Assembly: GCA_965261085.1 (NCBI GenBank)
Contig: OZ253442.1
Location: 1,088,001 to 1,152,000, forward strand
Reading direction: 5' to 3'
Source: a bacterium
Lineage (GTDB): Bacteria; UBA8248
Length of the DNA: 64,000 bases
In this document: piece after piece, positions 48,970-59,100 of the stretch
How the letters are laid out: every line of letters begins with the position of its first letter
How positions within the stretch are numbered: position 1 is the first letter of the stretch
The notes under the pieces: model-generated
What the model was told of the DNA's origin: nothing
What the model saw: only the letters and a program-made list of their open reading frames with translations
The model's database searches: none
Made by a program: the position numbers and the translations under genes

Positions 48970-49207
48970 GCACGCGAAGAAGGGCCGTCTGGTCTACGTG
49001 GCGGGCAAGCTGCAGACCAGGCGCTGGAAGAAGGACGAGGAAAACTCCGAGCGGTTCTCCACCGAGATATTACTCGCCCCGGGCGGGCGCATTCAGTTCC
49101 TGGACAAGGTGAACGGGAACGGGAACGGCAACGGCAACGGCGCGCACCCCGAGACGGCGGCGGTGGCGGCGTCCGCAGGTGTAGCAGGGGAAGACATTCC
49201 ATTCTGA
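48959..49207 (+). pseudogene. ssb: ssb 3' half
   Basis: MFEKHAKKGRLVYVAGKLQTRRW...EDIPF continues 17775-17983. Confidence 0.93.
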
Positions 49208-49217
49208 TCCCGACAAG

Positions 49218-49246
49218 GGCCGGCGCTTCGGCGCCGGCCTTTTTTT
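49218..49246 (+). terminator. Rho-independent terminator
   Basis: GGCCGGCGC-TTCG-GCGCCGGCC-TTTTTTT. Confidence 0.8.
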
Positions 49247-49271
49247 GCTCTTTATCCAGAGGAGGTCCGCC

Positions 49272-50267
49272 ATGCCCCAAACACCCTCTCCCGCTGCCGA
49301 AATCGCCGCGGCGCTCGCCTCGCGCGCCGAGGACGTCTGCCGCCGCTATCTGCCGCAAGGCAAGAAGCAGGGCCGCTACTGGCTCGCGGGCGACGTCGAC
49401 GGCGCGCCCGGGCGCTCGCTCTTCGTCCGCCTGCAGCCTCCGGGCGTACCGGGCAAGTGGTGTGATGCGGCCACCGGGGAGCACGGCGACCTGCTCGACC
49501 TGATCCGCCGCCGCAGCGCAGCATCCACGCTCCGCGCCGCCATGGACGAGGCGCGCGCCTTCCTCGCCCTGCCTGCCCCTATTTTACCGGGCGAGGGCCC
49601 GCCATACGACGCAAGGGAGGCGGCGCGGCGCATCTGGCGGCGTTGCCGCCCGATTGAGGGCGCCCCGGCCGAGACCTACCTCCATGCCCGGGGGATCACG
49701 CGGCGCCGCTTCCCCTCTCTGCGCTTCCACCCGGCGCTCTTCCACCGGGAGGCCGACAGCCGCCTGCCCGCACTGGTCGCCGCCGTGACCGACACGGACG
49801 GCGCGCTCCACGGCGTACACCGCACCTGGATCGATCCCGCTGCGCAGTCCAAGGCCGACGTCCTCCCGTCCCGCAAGGCGCTTGGCCGGGTCTTCGGACA
49901 CGCCGTGCGCTTAGGCGCCCCCGACGCTACGCTCCTGGTCGGGGAGGGGATCGAGACCGTGCTCTCGCTCGTAAGCGCCGCGCCCCGGATCCCGGCGGCA
50001 GCCGCTCTCTCCGCAGGCAGCCTCGGCGCCTTCATCCCGCCCGAGGGGCTCTCCCGCCTGATCATCGCCCGTGACAACGACGTGGAAGGTGAGAGGGCTG
50101 CGGAGCGCCTCGCCCGGCGCTGCGCATGGGCCGGGATCGACGCCCGCGTCATCGTCTCTGAACGCGGCGACTTCAACGACGACCTCGCTGCGCTCGGACC
50201 CGCTGCCCTCGCCGCACGGCTCGGTCCGCTCTTCCGCTTCGCGAGAATCGGAGAGGAGCGGGCCTGA
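49272..50267 (+). CDS. Toprim-domain (primase-like) protein
   Basis: GKWCDAATGEHGDLLDL, GVHRTW, LVGEGIET, IARDND, GDFNDDL. Confidence 0.88.
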   Translation: MPQTPSPAAEIAAALASRAEDVCRRYLPQGKKQGRYWLAGDVDGAPGRSLFVRLQPPGVPGKWCDAATGEHGDLLDLIRRRSAASTLRAAMDEARAFLALPAPILPGEGPPYDAREAARRIWRRCRPIEGAPAETYLHARGITRRRFPSLRFHPALFHREADSRLPALVAAVTDTDGALHGVHRTWIDPAAQSKADVLPSRKALGRVFGHAVRLGAPDATLLVGEGIETVLSLVSAAPRIPAAAALSAGSLGAFIPPEGLSRLIIARDNDVEGERAAERLARRCAWAGIDARVIVSERGDFNDDLAALGPAALAARLGPLFRFARIGEERA

Positions 50268-51027
50268 GCGGGGCAAAGCCCTGGTGGAAGGAGAGAGAAA
50301 ATGGACACCGTCACCTTCAAGCGGGTCAGCCCGCACGAGTCCTGCATCTACGTCGGGGGCGAGCATGTCGGCAACCTCTTCCGCCTCGTCGATTCACACC
50401 CGCCACGATCGCCGATAACCCGGCGCCGGAAGTCCCGCCACTCGATACGTCTCCGTTTGTCCACGCCTCATCCATCGAATCCCGGACCGCGCGCCGGCCC
50501 CTCTCATCTACCGGGAACACCCAGGAAATCTCCGATTCCGTGAACGATAAACCATGTTCACGGAAAATCGGCATGAACGCTACAATCACCGCATACCCTG
50601 GATAGTGGTTCGGTCTACCCCCCGCTGCGGGAATTTTGGGCTGGAAAAAACGGCCCAAAATGACCCTATCCGCAGCATGAAAGATTGCTTCACGATGAGC
50701 TTCGCTTTCATCGTGAAACAACCAGAAGCTCTTATGTCCCGGTGGCGAAACCACCCTCTCTCTCTTAGCGTCCTCATTTTAGCACGAACGGCGAGCAATA
50801 AAGGGTGGCCGCAAGCGGCCATCATTTTCCGGTACCCCCCAAAAAACGTCGTGCGGCAAAAAACGAAAGCGCCGCTCTATGGAGCGTGTTTTTTGGGAAC
50901 CCCCCGGAAAATGACGAGCCCTTGATTCGCTCGCCTACGGGCACCGGGAACACCGCCCGATGCCCTTACGTGCTGAAAATGAGGCGCTAAGAAGCACATC
51001 CGTTAATCCTCTAGAAAGGAGAAAGGC

Positions 51028-51402
51028 ATGGAAACCGCCGTTGTGAACTTGAGCGACTATCGGCATGACAACTTCGGAAGTGGCTGTCTCATCAAAATTG
51101 ACAGGACGACGAAGTGGGGAAATCCCTACCGGATCGGCCAGGATGGCGATCGCGCCGCCGTGATTGAAAAATACCGACGATGGCTCTGGAGAAATATCCA
51201 GCAGGAGGAGATCAACCTCTACGAACTCGCCGACCTGCATGGCTGCGAGCTCGGTTGCCACTGCCATCCCCTCCCGTGTCACGGCGATGTCCTCGCACGC
51301 GCCGCCGCGTGGGCAGCCGACTACCTCGGCGACATGCCGAAAGAAGTGAAGCGAGACGATCTTGGCTACGCTCTGCCCCAATACGACTATCCCCTCGCTT
51401 GA
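51028..51402 (+). CDS. DUF4326 family protein
   Basis: KWGNPY, LGCHCHPLPCHGDVL. Confidence 0.88.
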   Translation: METAVVNLSDYRHDNFGSGCLIKIDRTTKWGNPYRIGQDGDRAAVIEKYRRWLWRNIQQEEINLYELADLHGCELGCHCHPLPCHGDVLARAAAWAADYLGDMPKEVKRDDLGYALPQYDYPLA

Positions 51403-51423
51403 GGACAACGAAAGGAGTGAACG

Positions 51424-52383
51424 ATGACTGCCACCGCGACACACGATCACAAGGAGAGCATCATGCACGAGCACACAGAGCACGAAGCACAGAATGAATC
51501 CTTCACCGCCATGGTCTGCGAGCAGGCGCAACTCTTCGGCGCGACTCCGGGGCCCGATGAATTCGACTCCCGCGTCGTATGGGACGAGAAGGAAGCCACC
51601 TCCGCCGTCATCAAGGCCTTCCACCTCCTCGCACAGGCCGCACCCGACGGCACACAGCTCGCCGACGAACGAGCGAACCTCCTGTGGGGCTTCGTCAACA
51701 CCCTCGACGCACAGACACAGCGCCTCGACCGCGCCGCCGACAGGCTCATCCCCGGTATCCGTGAACTGCAGCGCGAACAGGACGGCTCCGAGATCCGCTC
51801 CCGCGAACTCGAACTCAAGACCGACCGGGCGCAAAATCTCTCCAACCGCCGAGACGCCTTCGAAGGACTGCGCGACACGGCCGCCGAGGCTTATCGCGTA
51901 GAGACCGGCGAGGTATGGCGACCCCGGCGAGGCTCCCACGTCTCGCAGACCGGCAAGCTCACATCGGCCATGATCGACGCGCGCGACTTCCAGCGGGCGA
52001 GAAAGGACCGCGAGAACACCGCGCATCTTCCGCAGGGGACACTCGTGGCCGTCGCGGGCGGCAAGGAGGCGAACGACGCAAGCGCCATCATCGGCCACCT
52101 CGACAAGCTCAAGGCCAAGTACACAGACGTCGTCCTCGTCCACGGCGGCGGTCCCGGCGCCGAGAAGATAGCGGCAGGATGGGCGGAGCGCAACGGCGTC
52201 CACCAGGTCGTCTGCAAGCCCGACTGGGACGCACACGGACGGGCCGCTCCCTTCAGGCGCAACGATGAACTCCTCGCTCTGCTCCCCAAGGGCGTCATCG
52301 CCTTCCCCGGCAGCGGCATCACCGACAACCTCGTCGACAAGGCCAACAGGCTCGGCATCCCCGTCCAGCGCGTCGCCGCATAG
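51424..52383 (+). CDS. DUF2493 (YspA/SLOG-like) protein
   Basis: Near-identical to 39002-39955. Confidence 0.85.
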   Translation: MTATATHDHKESIMHEHTEHEAQNESFTAMVCEQAQLFGATPGPDEFDSRVVWDEKEATSAVIKAFHLLAQAAPDGTQLADERANLLWGFVNTLDAQTQRLDRAADRLIPGIRELQREQDGSEIRSRELELKTDRAQNLSNRRDAFEGLRDTAAEAYRVETGEVWRPRRGSHVSQTGKLTSAMIDARDFQRARKDRENTAHLPQGTLVAVAGGKEANDASAIIGHLDKLKAKYTDVVLVHGGGPGAEKIAAGWAERNGVHQVVCKPDWDAHGRAAPFRRNDELLALLPKGVIAFPGSGITDNLVDKANRLGIPVQRVAA

Positions 52384-53055
52384 GACACTCGACCCGGCGG
52401 GTCGTGTCGCCACCCCGGCGGCGCGGCCCGCTCTTCTTCTTTGCACACCCCGCCGCACCGCTGTACGGACCCTCGTACAGAACTCCCCACAATGGCGTCG
52501 GCCCCGCTGTACGAACCTCCGTGCACACCTCCCCGCATTGCTCCCCTCGCCTCCGTCCGCTCAATCGCCGCGGCGGCTCCCGACCGCCTCTCTCACCGGC
52601 TTCGATTCCCCCATCGTTCGTTCCCCGTATCTGGTCCTTTTGACGCCCTTCGGCGCTTCGGTTCTCACACCCCACGCATCTGAAGATGCCTGCCCTCCAT
52701 GCGCGCGCCTGGCATACAGCGTTCTGCGCAAACGACGACAATGACCGCCTCCTTCATACTGGAAAAGCAATACCAATCTGGTAGCACGTGAACCCTTTGA
52801 AATCACTGCACTTAAAAATCGCGTATGCTATTTGTAATACGGTGTAATACGAGGATTTCCTGAAGGATACCAAATTGGTAGTACACAGGCCCGCGCTGCG
52901 CTATGATGGATTCCGATTTGGTATTGCGACTTCCGGCATCGATTCGAGACCTTCCAGGTTCGCGACGAATGTGTTCGGTGAAAGCAAACGAGAATTTCCC
53001 GAGCGTTTCGGGACCGGAATCGAGGAAAATCTTAACGAAAGGAGTGACGAAACGA

Positions 53056-53532
53056 ATGGTTCAGACGATACAGAAGAACATCAGAGTCACGCCTGAACAA
53101 TGGAAGCACGTCGAAAAAGAGGCGATTGAACGCGAGGTCAGTCCGAATCGGCTCGTGGTAGAACTCGCGATAGAGGCCCTAAAGCACAGGGAGTGGCCGC
53201 GGACCGAAGCGGAAATCCACCTCTTGCGTTCGGCCATGTTCACCGCACAGGCCATTATCCGCGACATGGAGAAGGCCGGACGCGAGGAGGAAATCGAGCA
53301 AATCAGCAGAACTATCTCCGAAGTCGCGCCTGAATTGCCGGGCGGCCCCATGAAACTGGAGCATCACCAGCCCCAACCGCCGGACTTCATGGAAGAAAAT
53401 GCTTGCGCCGACCTCCCCGATCCGGGTGGTTCAGCCGGGTATAGCCACTGGTATCGACAACATATGCACGCCGACGGGCGGATGACGGGATATTGTTGTC
53501 GGAAGTATCTTGGTATTTGCCATCGAGTTTGA
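53056..53532 (+). CDS. Ribbon-helix-helix-like protein
   Basis: KNIRVTPEQWKHVEKEA..SPNRLVVE; AGGAG RBS; the C-terminal tail may be non-native. Confidence 0.6.
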   Translation: MVQTIQKNIRVTPEQWKHVEKEAIEREVSPNRLVVELAIEALKHREWPRTEAEIHLLRSAMFTAQAIIRDMEKAGREEEIEQISRTISEVAPELPGGPMKLEHHQPQPPDFMEENACADLPDPGGSAGYSHWYRQHMHADGRMTGYCCRKYLGICHRV

Positions 53533-53954
53533 TTCCTATCCCTACCGGAATTTTCTGGTCGGGCTCTAATCTGCTATTTGCCGATCACGAGCTTTTTGGG
53601 GGGAGTATCGGGGAGTCGGGGGCAATCCAAGCAAGCGCGTGGGGTGATTTTCTTTACACGAGAAGCGCCAACTGCTCGAAAACGACACCATCACGAACAT
53701 CTAGTCCATCGAGTACAAACGCTTGCATGATGGAAGAAGAAAAGACAGACGTGAAAAGGGCGTATGGATACAAAGCGACGGGGATTCTCTTCTTTTGGAT
53801 TTCCATTAACATGGGTGCTCTAACTACATCGCCATAGCGTTGGCGTGTGGCATCAAATCAATAGACATCACGGGTTATCCGTGCCGCGTCAAAATCGAAT
53901 GTGAGGTTTTAACGGGCCAGGCACGTCAAAACAGTTTGGGACATACTCTCGAAA

Positions 53955-55460
53955 CTAGGAGAGTCTCTTTTTGATCGCCGGTAGTATCATGAAAATCAGC
54001 AACAGTGCGGTCGAGATCAGGAACGCCGCGCTGATTGGGCGGGTGATGAATATCATCGGGTCACCGCGCGAGAGCAGCAGTGAGCGTCTCAGGTTTTCCT
54101 CCATCATCGGTCCCAGAACTAACGCAAGAATCATAGGTGCCGGCTCAAGCTTGAGTTTTATGAAAACATAGCCCACGAGACCGAAGAAAATAGTCAAGTA
54201 AATGTCCAACTCGAGTTTGTTTACGCTGTAAATGCCAATGGCCATGAATACGAGAATCGCCGGAAACATGAATCGATAAGGAACTTTGAGCAATTTTACC
54301 CATATGCCAATCAGTGGCAGATTGAGAATTACCAGAATCAAGTTGCCAATCCACATGCTGGCGATTAGGCCCCAAAACAGATCGGGTCGCTCGGTCATGA
54401 CCTGAGGTCCGGGTGTGATGCCATGGATTGTCAACGCGCCCAGCACCACCGCCATCGTGCCGCTACCCGGAATACCTAGCGTCAGGGTTGGGATGAATGC
54501 GCACTGGGCTGCGGCATTGTTTGCCGCCTCTGGCCCTGCCACACCTTGGATCGCGCCTTTCCCAAAAATCGAATCGTCCTTTGCTACTTTTTTTTCGACG
54601 GCATAGCTCGAAAACGCGCTGATTGTGGCACCTGCGCCTGGCAATGTACCGAAGAACGCTCCTATTGCGGTACCGCGCATAATGGCGCCCATTGAAACCT
54701 TGATGTCGGCCCATGTCGGCATCAAACCATAAATTTTTTTCGACAGCATAACTCGGGTCTCGCTTTCCTTGCTCTTTCCCAGGTTGGACAGAATCTCGGA
54801 TAAGCCGAACAATCCCATTGCGACCACAGGGAAACTCAACCCTTCAGACAGCGCCGCGGCTCCGAAGGTAAAGCGCCACATTCCCGAGTTGACATCGGTG
54901 CCAATGATGCCAAGTAACAGACCTAGAACAATCATCGCGATCGCCTTGAGTATGTTGCCATGAGCCAGCACCGCAGAAAAAATCAACCCCATCACCATCA
55001 GGGAAAAAAACTCGGGCGAGCCGAATTCAAGCGCGACTTCGGCGAGCGGCGGTCCGGCTACCGCAATAATCAACGTGCAAACCGTTCCGGCAAAAAACGA
55101 TCCGACAGCCGCGATTGCTAAAGCCGGCCCTGCCCGGCCCTGCTTCGCCATTTCATAGCCGTCGATACAGGTCACCACCGAAGCTGTTTCACCCGGCAGT
55201 TTGATTAGAATCGACGTGGTGGAGCCGCCGTACTGGGTGCCGTAGAAAATTCCGGCTAACATGATCAGCGCACCGACCGGCGGCAGTACAAATGTCGCCG
55301 GCAATAGCATCGACATTGCGGCGAGAGGTCCTATGCCAGGCAGCACTCCGACCAAAGTGCCGAGAAATACTCCGACGAAACAGTACCAAAGATTGATTGA
55401 CGTAATCGCTGTTTGGAATCCGAATGCAAGGCCTGGTAAAACTGTCGCCAAGGATTCCAA
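53955..55460 (-). CDS. tctA: Tripartite tricarboxylate transporter permease
   Basis: GTLVGVLPGIG, YGGSTTSIL, GPEAANNA, TLGIPG. Confidence 0.95.
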   Translation of the reverse strand: MESLATVLPGLAFGFQTAITSINLWYCFVGVFLGTLVGVLPGIGPLAAMSMLLPATFVLPPVGALIMLAGIFYGTQYGGSTTSILIKLPGETASVVTCIDGYEMAKQGRAGPALAIAAVGSFFAGTVCTLIIAVAGPPLAEVALEFGSPEFFSLMVMGLIFSAVLAHGNILKAIAMIVLGLLLGIIGTDVNSGMWRFTFGAAALSEGLSFPVVAMGLFGLSEILSNLGKSKESETRVMLSKKIYGLMPTWADIKVSMGAIMRGTAIGAFFGTLPGAGATISAFSSYAVEKKVAKDDSIFGKGAIQGVAGPEAANNAAAQCAFIPTLTLGIPGSGTMAVVLGALTIHGITPGPQVMTERPDLFWGLIASMWIGNLILVILNLPLIGIWVKLLKVPYRFMFPAILVFMAIGIYSVNKLELDIYLTIFFGLVGYVFIKLKLEPAPMILALVLGPMMEENLRRSLLLSRGDPMIFITRPISAAFLISTALLLIFMILPAIKKRLS

Positions 55461-55461
55461 G

Positions 55462-55914
55462 TCATCTCCATCCGAAAAGCTGGAAAGGCAGATTCAGGCC
55501 CCATACGAAAACCGCCCAGGACCCTGTGATAAGCACCACACTCATGATCAGTACTTCTCCCCATTTGAATTCTCTTCCCGATGCTGCGGACACGACGATC
55601 AGCGCGAACAGTGCCGGTATGAAACCAACGTGATCGATGCTCCATCCAAAAATCGCAAAGGCAACGCTTACCAGTATCATCGGACGATACGCAAAAGGTT
55701 CAATGCCTTCGCCCTCGACTTTGACCGACAACGCGGCGATGAGCACGCCCAAAATGGCAAGAATGCAACCTAATACCGTGGGGAAATACCCAGGCCCCAT
55801 GCGATTCGCCGATCCCATTGGATAGTCACGAGACAGGACGACCGCAAGTATACCTAAACCGATAAACATCAGGCCCGACCAAAAGTTTTCCGGACTTTTA
55901 ATTCTATATCGCAT
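55462..55914 (-). CDS. tctB: Tripartite tricarboxylate transporter small subunit
   Basis: MGPGYFP; TM helices; directly upstream of tctA. Confidence 0.9.
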   Translation of the reverse strand: MRYRIKSPENFWSGLMFIGLGILAVVLSRDYPMGSANRMGPGYFPTVLGCILAILGVLIAALSVKVEGEGIEPFAYRPMILVSVAFAIFGWSIDHVGFIPALFALIVVSAASGREFKWGEVLIMSVVLITGSWAVFVWGLNLPFQLFGWR

Positions 55915-56169
55915 GTCTTCTTTCTATTTGCTGCTTATCAACCCAGCCTTGCCCAAAGAAAATGCAACGAATCTTTAATCTTTCTCCTCTTGATGAAATC
56001 TTGTGCTATCATGTAACAAATAATTTCATAAAACCGCGATTGTACACTACAAGCCACGATAGCGATGCTTTGCGTAAGGCTTTCACAAATAGCAAAATCG
56101 TGGTCACAGGACTACAATTCTGTAAAGGACTCCCTAGTTTGTCAATTTAACCTGTAAAGGAGGCTAGTC

Positions 56170-57171
56170 ATGACTGATAGGGTAAAGAATACGACAGCTT
56201 TGGCAATCGCAATAGTTTTTCTTTTCATCCTGGCAGCCATGTCGCGGGTCGCATCGGCGGCAAACGAAAAATGGCGTCCGAATCGCCCGATTCGACTGGT
56301 CGTGGCAGGCTCGCCAGGTGGTGCTTTTAGTATTGTTTCGCGCCTTCTTGCGCCCACGGTCAAAGAAGTACTCGGCCAACCGTTGGTGTTGGATAATCGT
56401 GGCGGCAGAGGGGGAACCATCGCTGGCGATATCGTAGTTCGCGCCAAACCCGACGGACATACGATACTAATAACAAATGGTCTCTTGCTCACTGTGCGCC
56501 CGCAGTTACACAAGATGCCCTACAAAGTATCGGATCTTGCTCCCATCTCTACTTTGGTCAGAGGACAATACATGCTGGCGCTACACCCTTCCGTCAAGGC
56601 GAACAATCTCAAGGAGTTCATCGCACTGGCAAAGAGCAAGCCCGCTGGGCACTTTAACTACGCGGGGACCGGCGTGGGAGCCCCTACGCATCTGGCACCG
56701 GAACTGCTCAGTATGCGCGCGGGGATCAAGATGACCAATATCCCATACAAAGGTGGCGCTAAAGCAGCCAAGGCTGCCCTTTCTGGTGAGGTGCATATGG
56801 TTTTCGTCAGCCTGGTATCGGCGGTTCCTTTTGTGAAGGCTGGACGCCTCAAGGGACTTGCCGTCAGCGGGCCCGCTCGCGCTACGATAGCGCCAAATAT
56901 CCCGACCGTGGCAGAGTTGGGTTATCCGGGATTCGACGTATCGGCGTGGTTTGGGATGTTCGCTCCCGCGAAGACCCCGAGGGGCGTTTTGGAGTCGCTG
57001 GCGGACGCATTTGCGAGAGGGCTTGAAAAGCCTGATGTGAAGAAGGCGCTCATAAAGTTAGGATACGCCATCTACTTCAAAAGGACGAACGATGTCGTGA
57101 CCCTGATGAGGAACGAGACCAAAATGTGGGGTAAGGCAATCAAGGCCGCGAATATCAAGTCGAAAAAGTAA
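56170..57171 (+). CDS. tctC: Tripartite tricarboxylate transporter substrate-binding protein (Bug family)
   Basis: Signal peptide, PIRLVV..PGG, KPDGHT, IPYKGG, WFGMFAP. Confidence 0.92.
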   Translation: MTDRVKNTTALAIAIVFLFILAAMSRVASAANEKWRPNRPIRLVVAGSPGGAFSIVSRLLAPTVKEVLGQPLVLDNRGGRGGTIAGDIVVRAKPDGHTILITNGLLLTVRPQLHKMPYKVSDLAPISTLVRGQYMLALHPSVKANNLKEFIALAKSKPAGHFNYAGTGVGAPTHLAPELLSMRAGIKMTNIPYKGGAKAAKAALSGEVHMVFVSLVSAVPFVKAGRLKGLAVSGPARATIAPNIPTVAELGYPGFDVSAWFGMFAPAKTPRGVLESLADAFARGLEKPDVKKALIKLGYAIYFKRTNDVVTLMRNETKMWGKAIKAANIKSKK

Positions 57172-57441
57172 CATCGCTATGGCCTGGCGGTAATAACATA
57201 TTGTCATCTGTTTTCTCATTAAGTGTAATACGCTAAGAGTAATCTAAGGTGGCCTGATGACCGTCAGGCCCATATCGAGCTCGCAGAACTCCGTGCACTC
57301 CTTCACGTGACGTATATCCAAGATATACACGTCATCAAAGATGCCTGTGCGTCACCCTTTGATTGAGCGATGCTGTGAAGTGCAATGTAAATAGAGTAAT
57401 TGTCAGCCAAGGAAGACGAAAGGAACAAGGGAGATGAAAAA

Positions 57442-58839
57442 ATGGATTATATCAGCCAGAACGAATTGAAGCAGGTCAGAGAAGAGATAGCCAAGGTTCG
57501 AACCCCTGAAACCTTGGTTGAGGGGAAATGGAATATCAGCCCCCTTAACCGGGACCCTAACGTACTGTCCAATTTCGGACCGCCCCGATATCCGGATTCA
57601 GTGGTGATTCGTGATAACACCCTGCGAACAATTGAACAAACGCCTGGTGTTTGTCTAAGCGATTCCGAGCGGCAAAGACTGGCTGCCGCACTCGTTGAAG
57701 CAGGGCTGAGGTCACTGCACACCGCTCTTTTGTATCAACCAACAAAGAGATTGCAGAGGGGAGACCCCAAGGAACTATTGTCCCTAACCTCCGGTGCCTC
57801 CGAGAAAGAAGTTAAATTCATCAAGAGCTTGGATAGCAGCATCGAAGTAATCGTGGGAGGAAGCACTGAAGAAGAAGTAGACGCAGTGGTAGATTCTGGT
57901 GCGGATATGGTTCAGATCTTTTTCCCGTGTATGCCGATATTGAATCTTGTGTATGGTATCTACGGACGCCAGATTCAACGTGCTGCGTGGCGTGGCGAGG
58001 ATTGGCGCAAAACGATACACCCACCATTGACGAATGAGGCGTTGATTGAAAGAATTCAGGAGCTCTCCACCTATGCCAAAAGCAAGGGTCTTAAGGTTCA
58101 ATTAGCCACGCCTCAACTTTTACACGCATCTCTTGAATACTTCGATAAGCTGTGCAAAGGGGCTTCGGAAGTGGGCATAGAAGAGATTGGACTTGGGGAT
58201 GGTTCGAGCGCTTTTGGCCATGAGGCCTATGCGTACCTGGTCTCTCGCGCAGTAGAGATGGCCCCGGGAGTACGCATATGCCTATCTCGTCCACACAATG
58301 GATTCGGCAACGCTATGGCCAAAGCGATGGCGGGCATTCACGCGGGAGCTGAAGTGCTGGAAGGTTCGGTCAACAGTCTTTGCACCGGCGCGGGACAGGT
58401 AGACATCACGGAGGCGGTGGCGGCCTTGGAAGTTTTGTATGGCGTGAAAACCGGAGTTAAGATGGAGAGACTTACGTCGCTACGGCGATTGGTGGAGGAT
58501 ATCAGCCAAGTCTTCATGGCGCAAAATAAGCCCGTGACGGGTGAGCATGCCTGGTCCTACACCGAGGAAGCAAACACGGAGGAGGATGAGCTTGGTTTAT
58601 ATCTTCACAAGTGCGTCAACCCCGCCCTCTTCGGAAACGTGGGCAGGTTGGTCGTGGGGCGGTACAGCGGCACATGGACCATGTGGGGAATACTCAATGA
58701 GATTGGTGTGAGCGTGGAAAAGGACCTTGTGCCCATTATTCTTGACGAGGTGAAGCACGAGATAGAGATTAGGAAACGAGTTCTTTCTGATGATGAAATA
58801 AAGGAAATAGCAGAACGTATAAAATCAATGTCCGGATAG
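57442..58839 (+). CDS. DRE-TIM/HMGL-like (LeuA/homocitrate-synthase-like) protein with altered active site
   Basis: IRDNTLRTIEQTPG, HNGFG.A.A, NKPVTG. Confidence 0.75.
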   Translation: MDYISQNELKQVREEIAKVRTPETLVEGKWNISPLNRDPNVLSNFGPPRYPDSVVIRDNTLRTIEQTPGVCLSDSERQRLAAALVEAGLRSLHTALLYQPTKRLQRGDPKELLSLTSGASEKEVKFIKSLDSSIEVIVGGSTEEEVDAVVDSGADMVQIFFPCMPILNLVYGIYGRQIQRAAWRGEDWRKTIHPPLTNEALIERIQELSTYAKSKGLKVQLATPQLLHASLEYFDKLCKGASEVGIEEIGLGDGSSAFGHEAYAYLVSRAVEMAPGVRICLSRPHNGFGNAMAKAMAGIHAGAEVLEGSVNSLCTGAGQVDITEAVAALEVLYGVKTGVKMERLTSLRRLVEDISQVFMAQNKPVTGEHAWSYTEEANTEEDELGLYLHKCVNPALFGNVGRLVVGRYSGTWTMWGILNEIGVSVEKDLVPIILDEVKHEIEIRKRVLSDDEIKEIAERIKSMSG

Positions 58840-59100
58840 GAGGCGTGTGAGTGGAGAGCGTGGCAACAAGGTCGGAGGCTCCACACGGCAGGAATTTCTC
58901 CCACTATCCTGTTTTGCAGATACCCGTGTCTTACCCCTGTGTCTGTTGGCGAAACTCTGACATGCTGTGGATGCGCCAATAGAAAGAATAATTTCTGAAT
59001 CAAATCGGAACAAAGGTGGGTGTCTTGCCGTGGGAGCGGAACAGTTTCAGGGACAATGTGAAAGAAGGGAATTATATACAATCTTACCCAAGAGGGGATG

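Larger units (their letters stand above)
3943..53532. mobile_element. Outer ICE/IME-like genomic island backbone (right boundary not established; may extend beyond the window)
   Basis: Tandem integrases, ParB, strawberry-notch, ssb, Toprim, DUF4326, DUF2493 and RHH genes with uniformly high GC. Confidence 0.75.

Noticed and set aside
49110-49142. GNGNGNGNG microsatellite-like repeat as a phase-variation tract
   Set aside because: In-frame low-complexity SSB linker with mixed codons
48959-49207. ssb 3' half as an independent functional gene
   Set aside because: It lacks half of the OB fold and has no clear RBS; better explained as the attR remnant
4000-53000. Many long antisense or alternate-frame ORFs (e.g. 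13043-14251, 16797-18026, 42103-43353, 50935-52458)
   Set aside because: Shadow ORFs of high-GC coding sequence with no recognisable motifs
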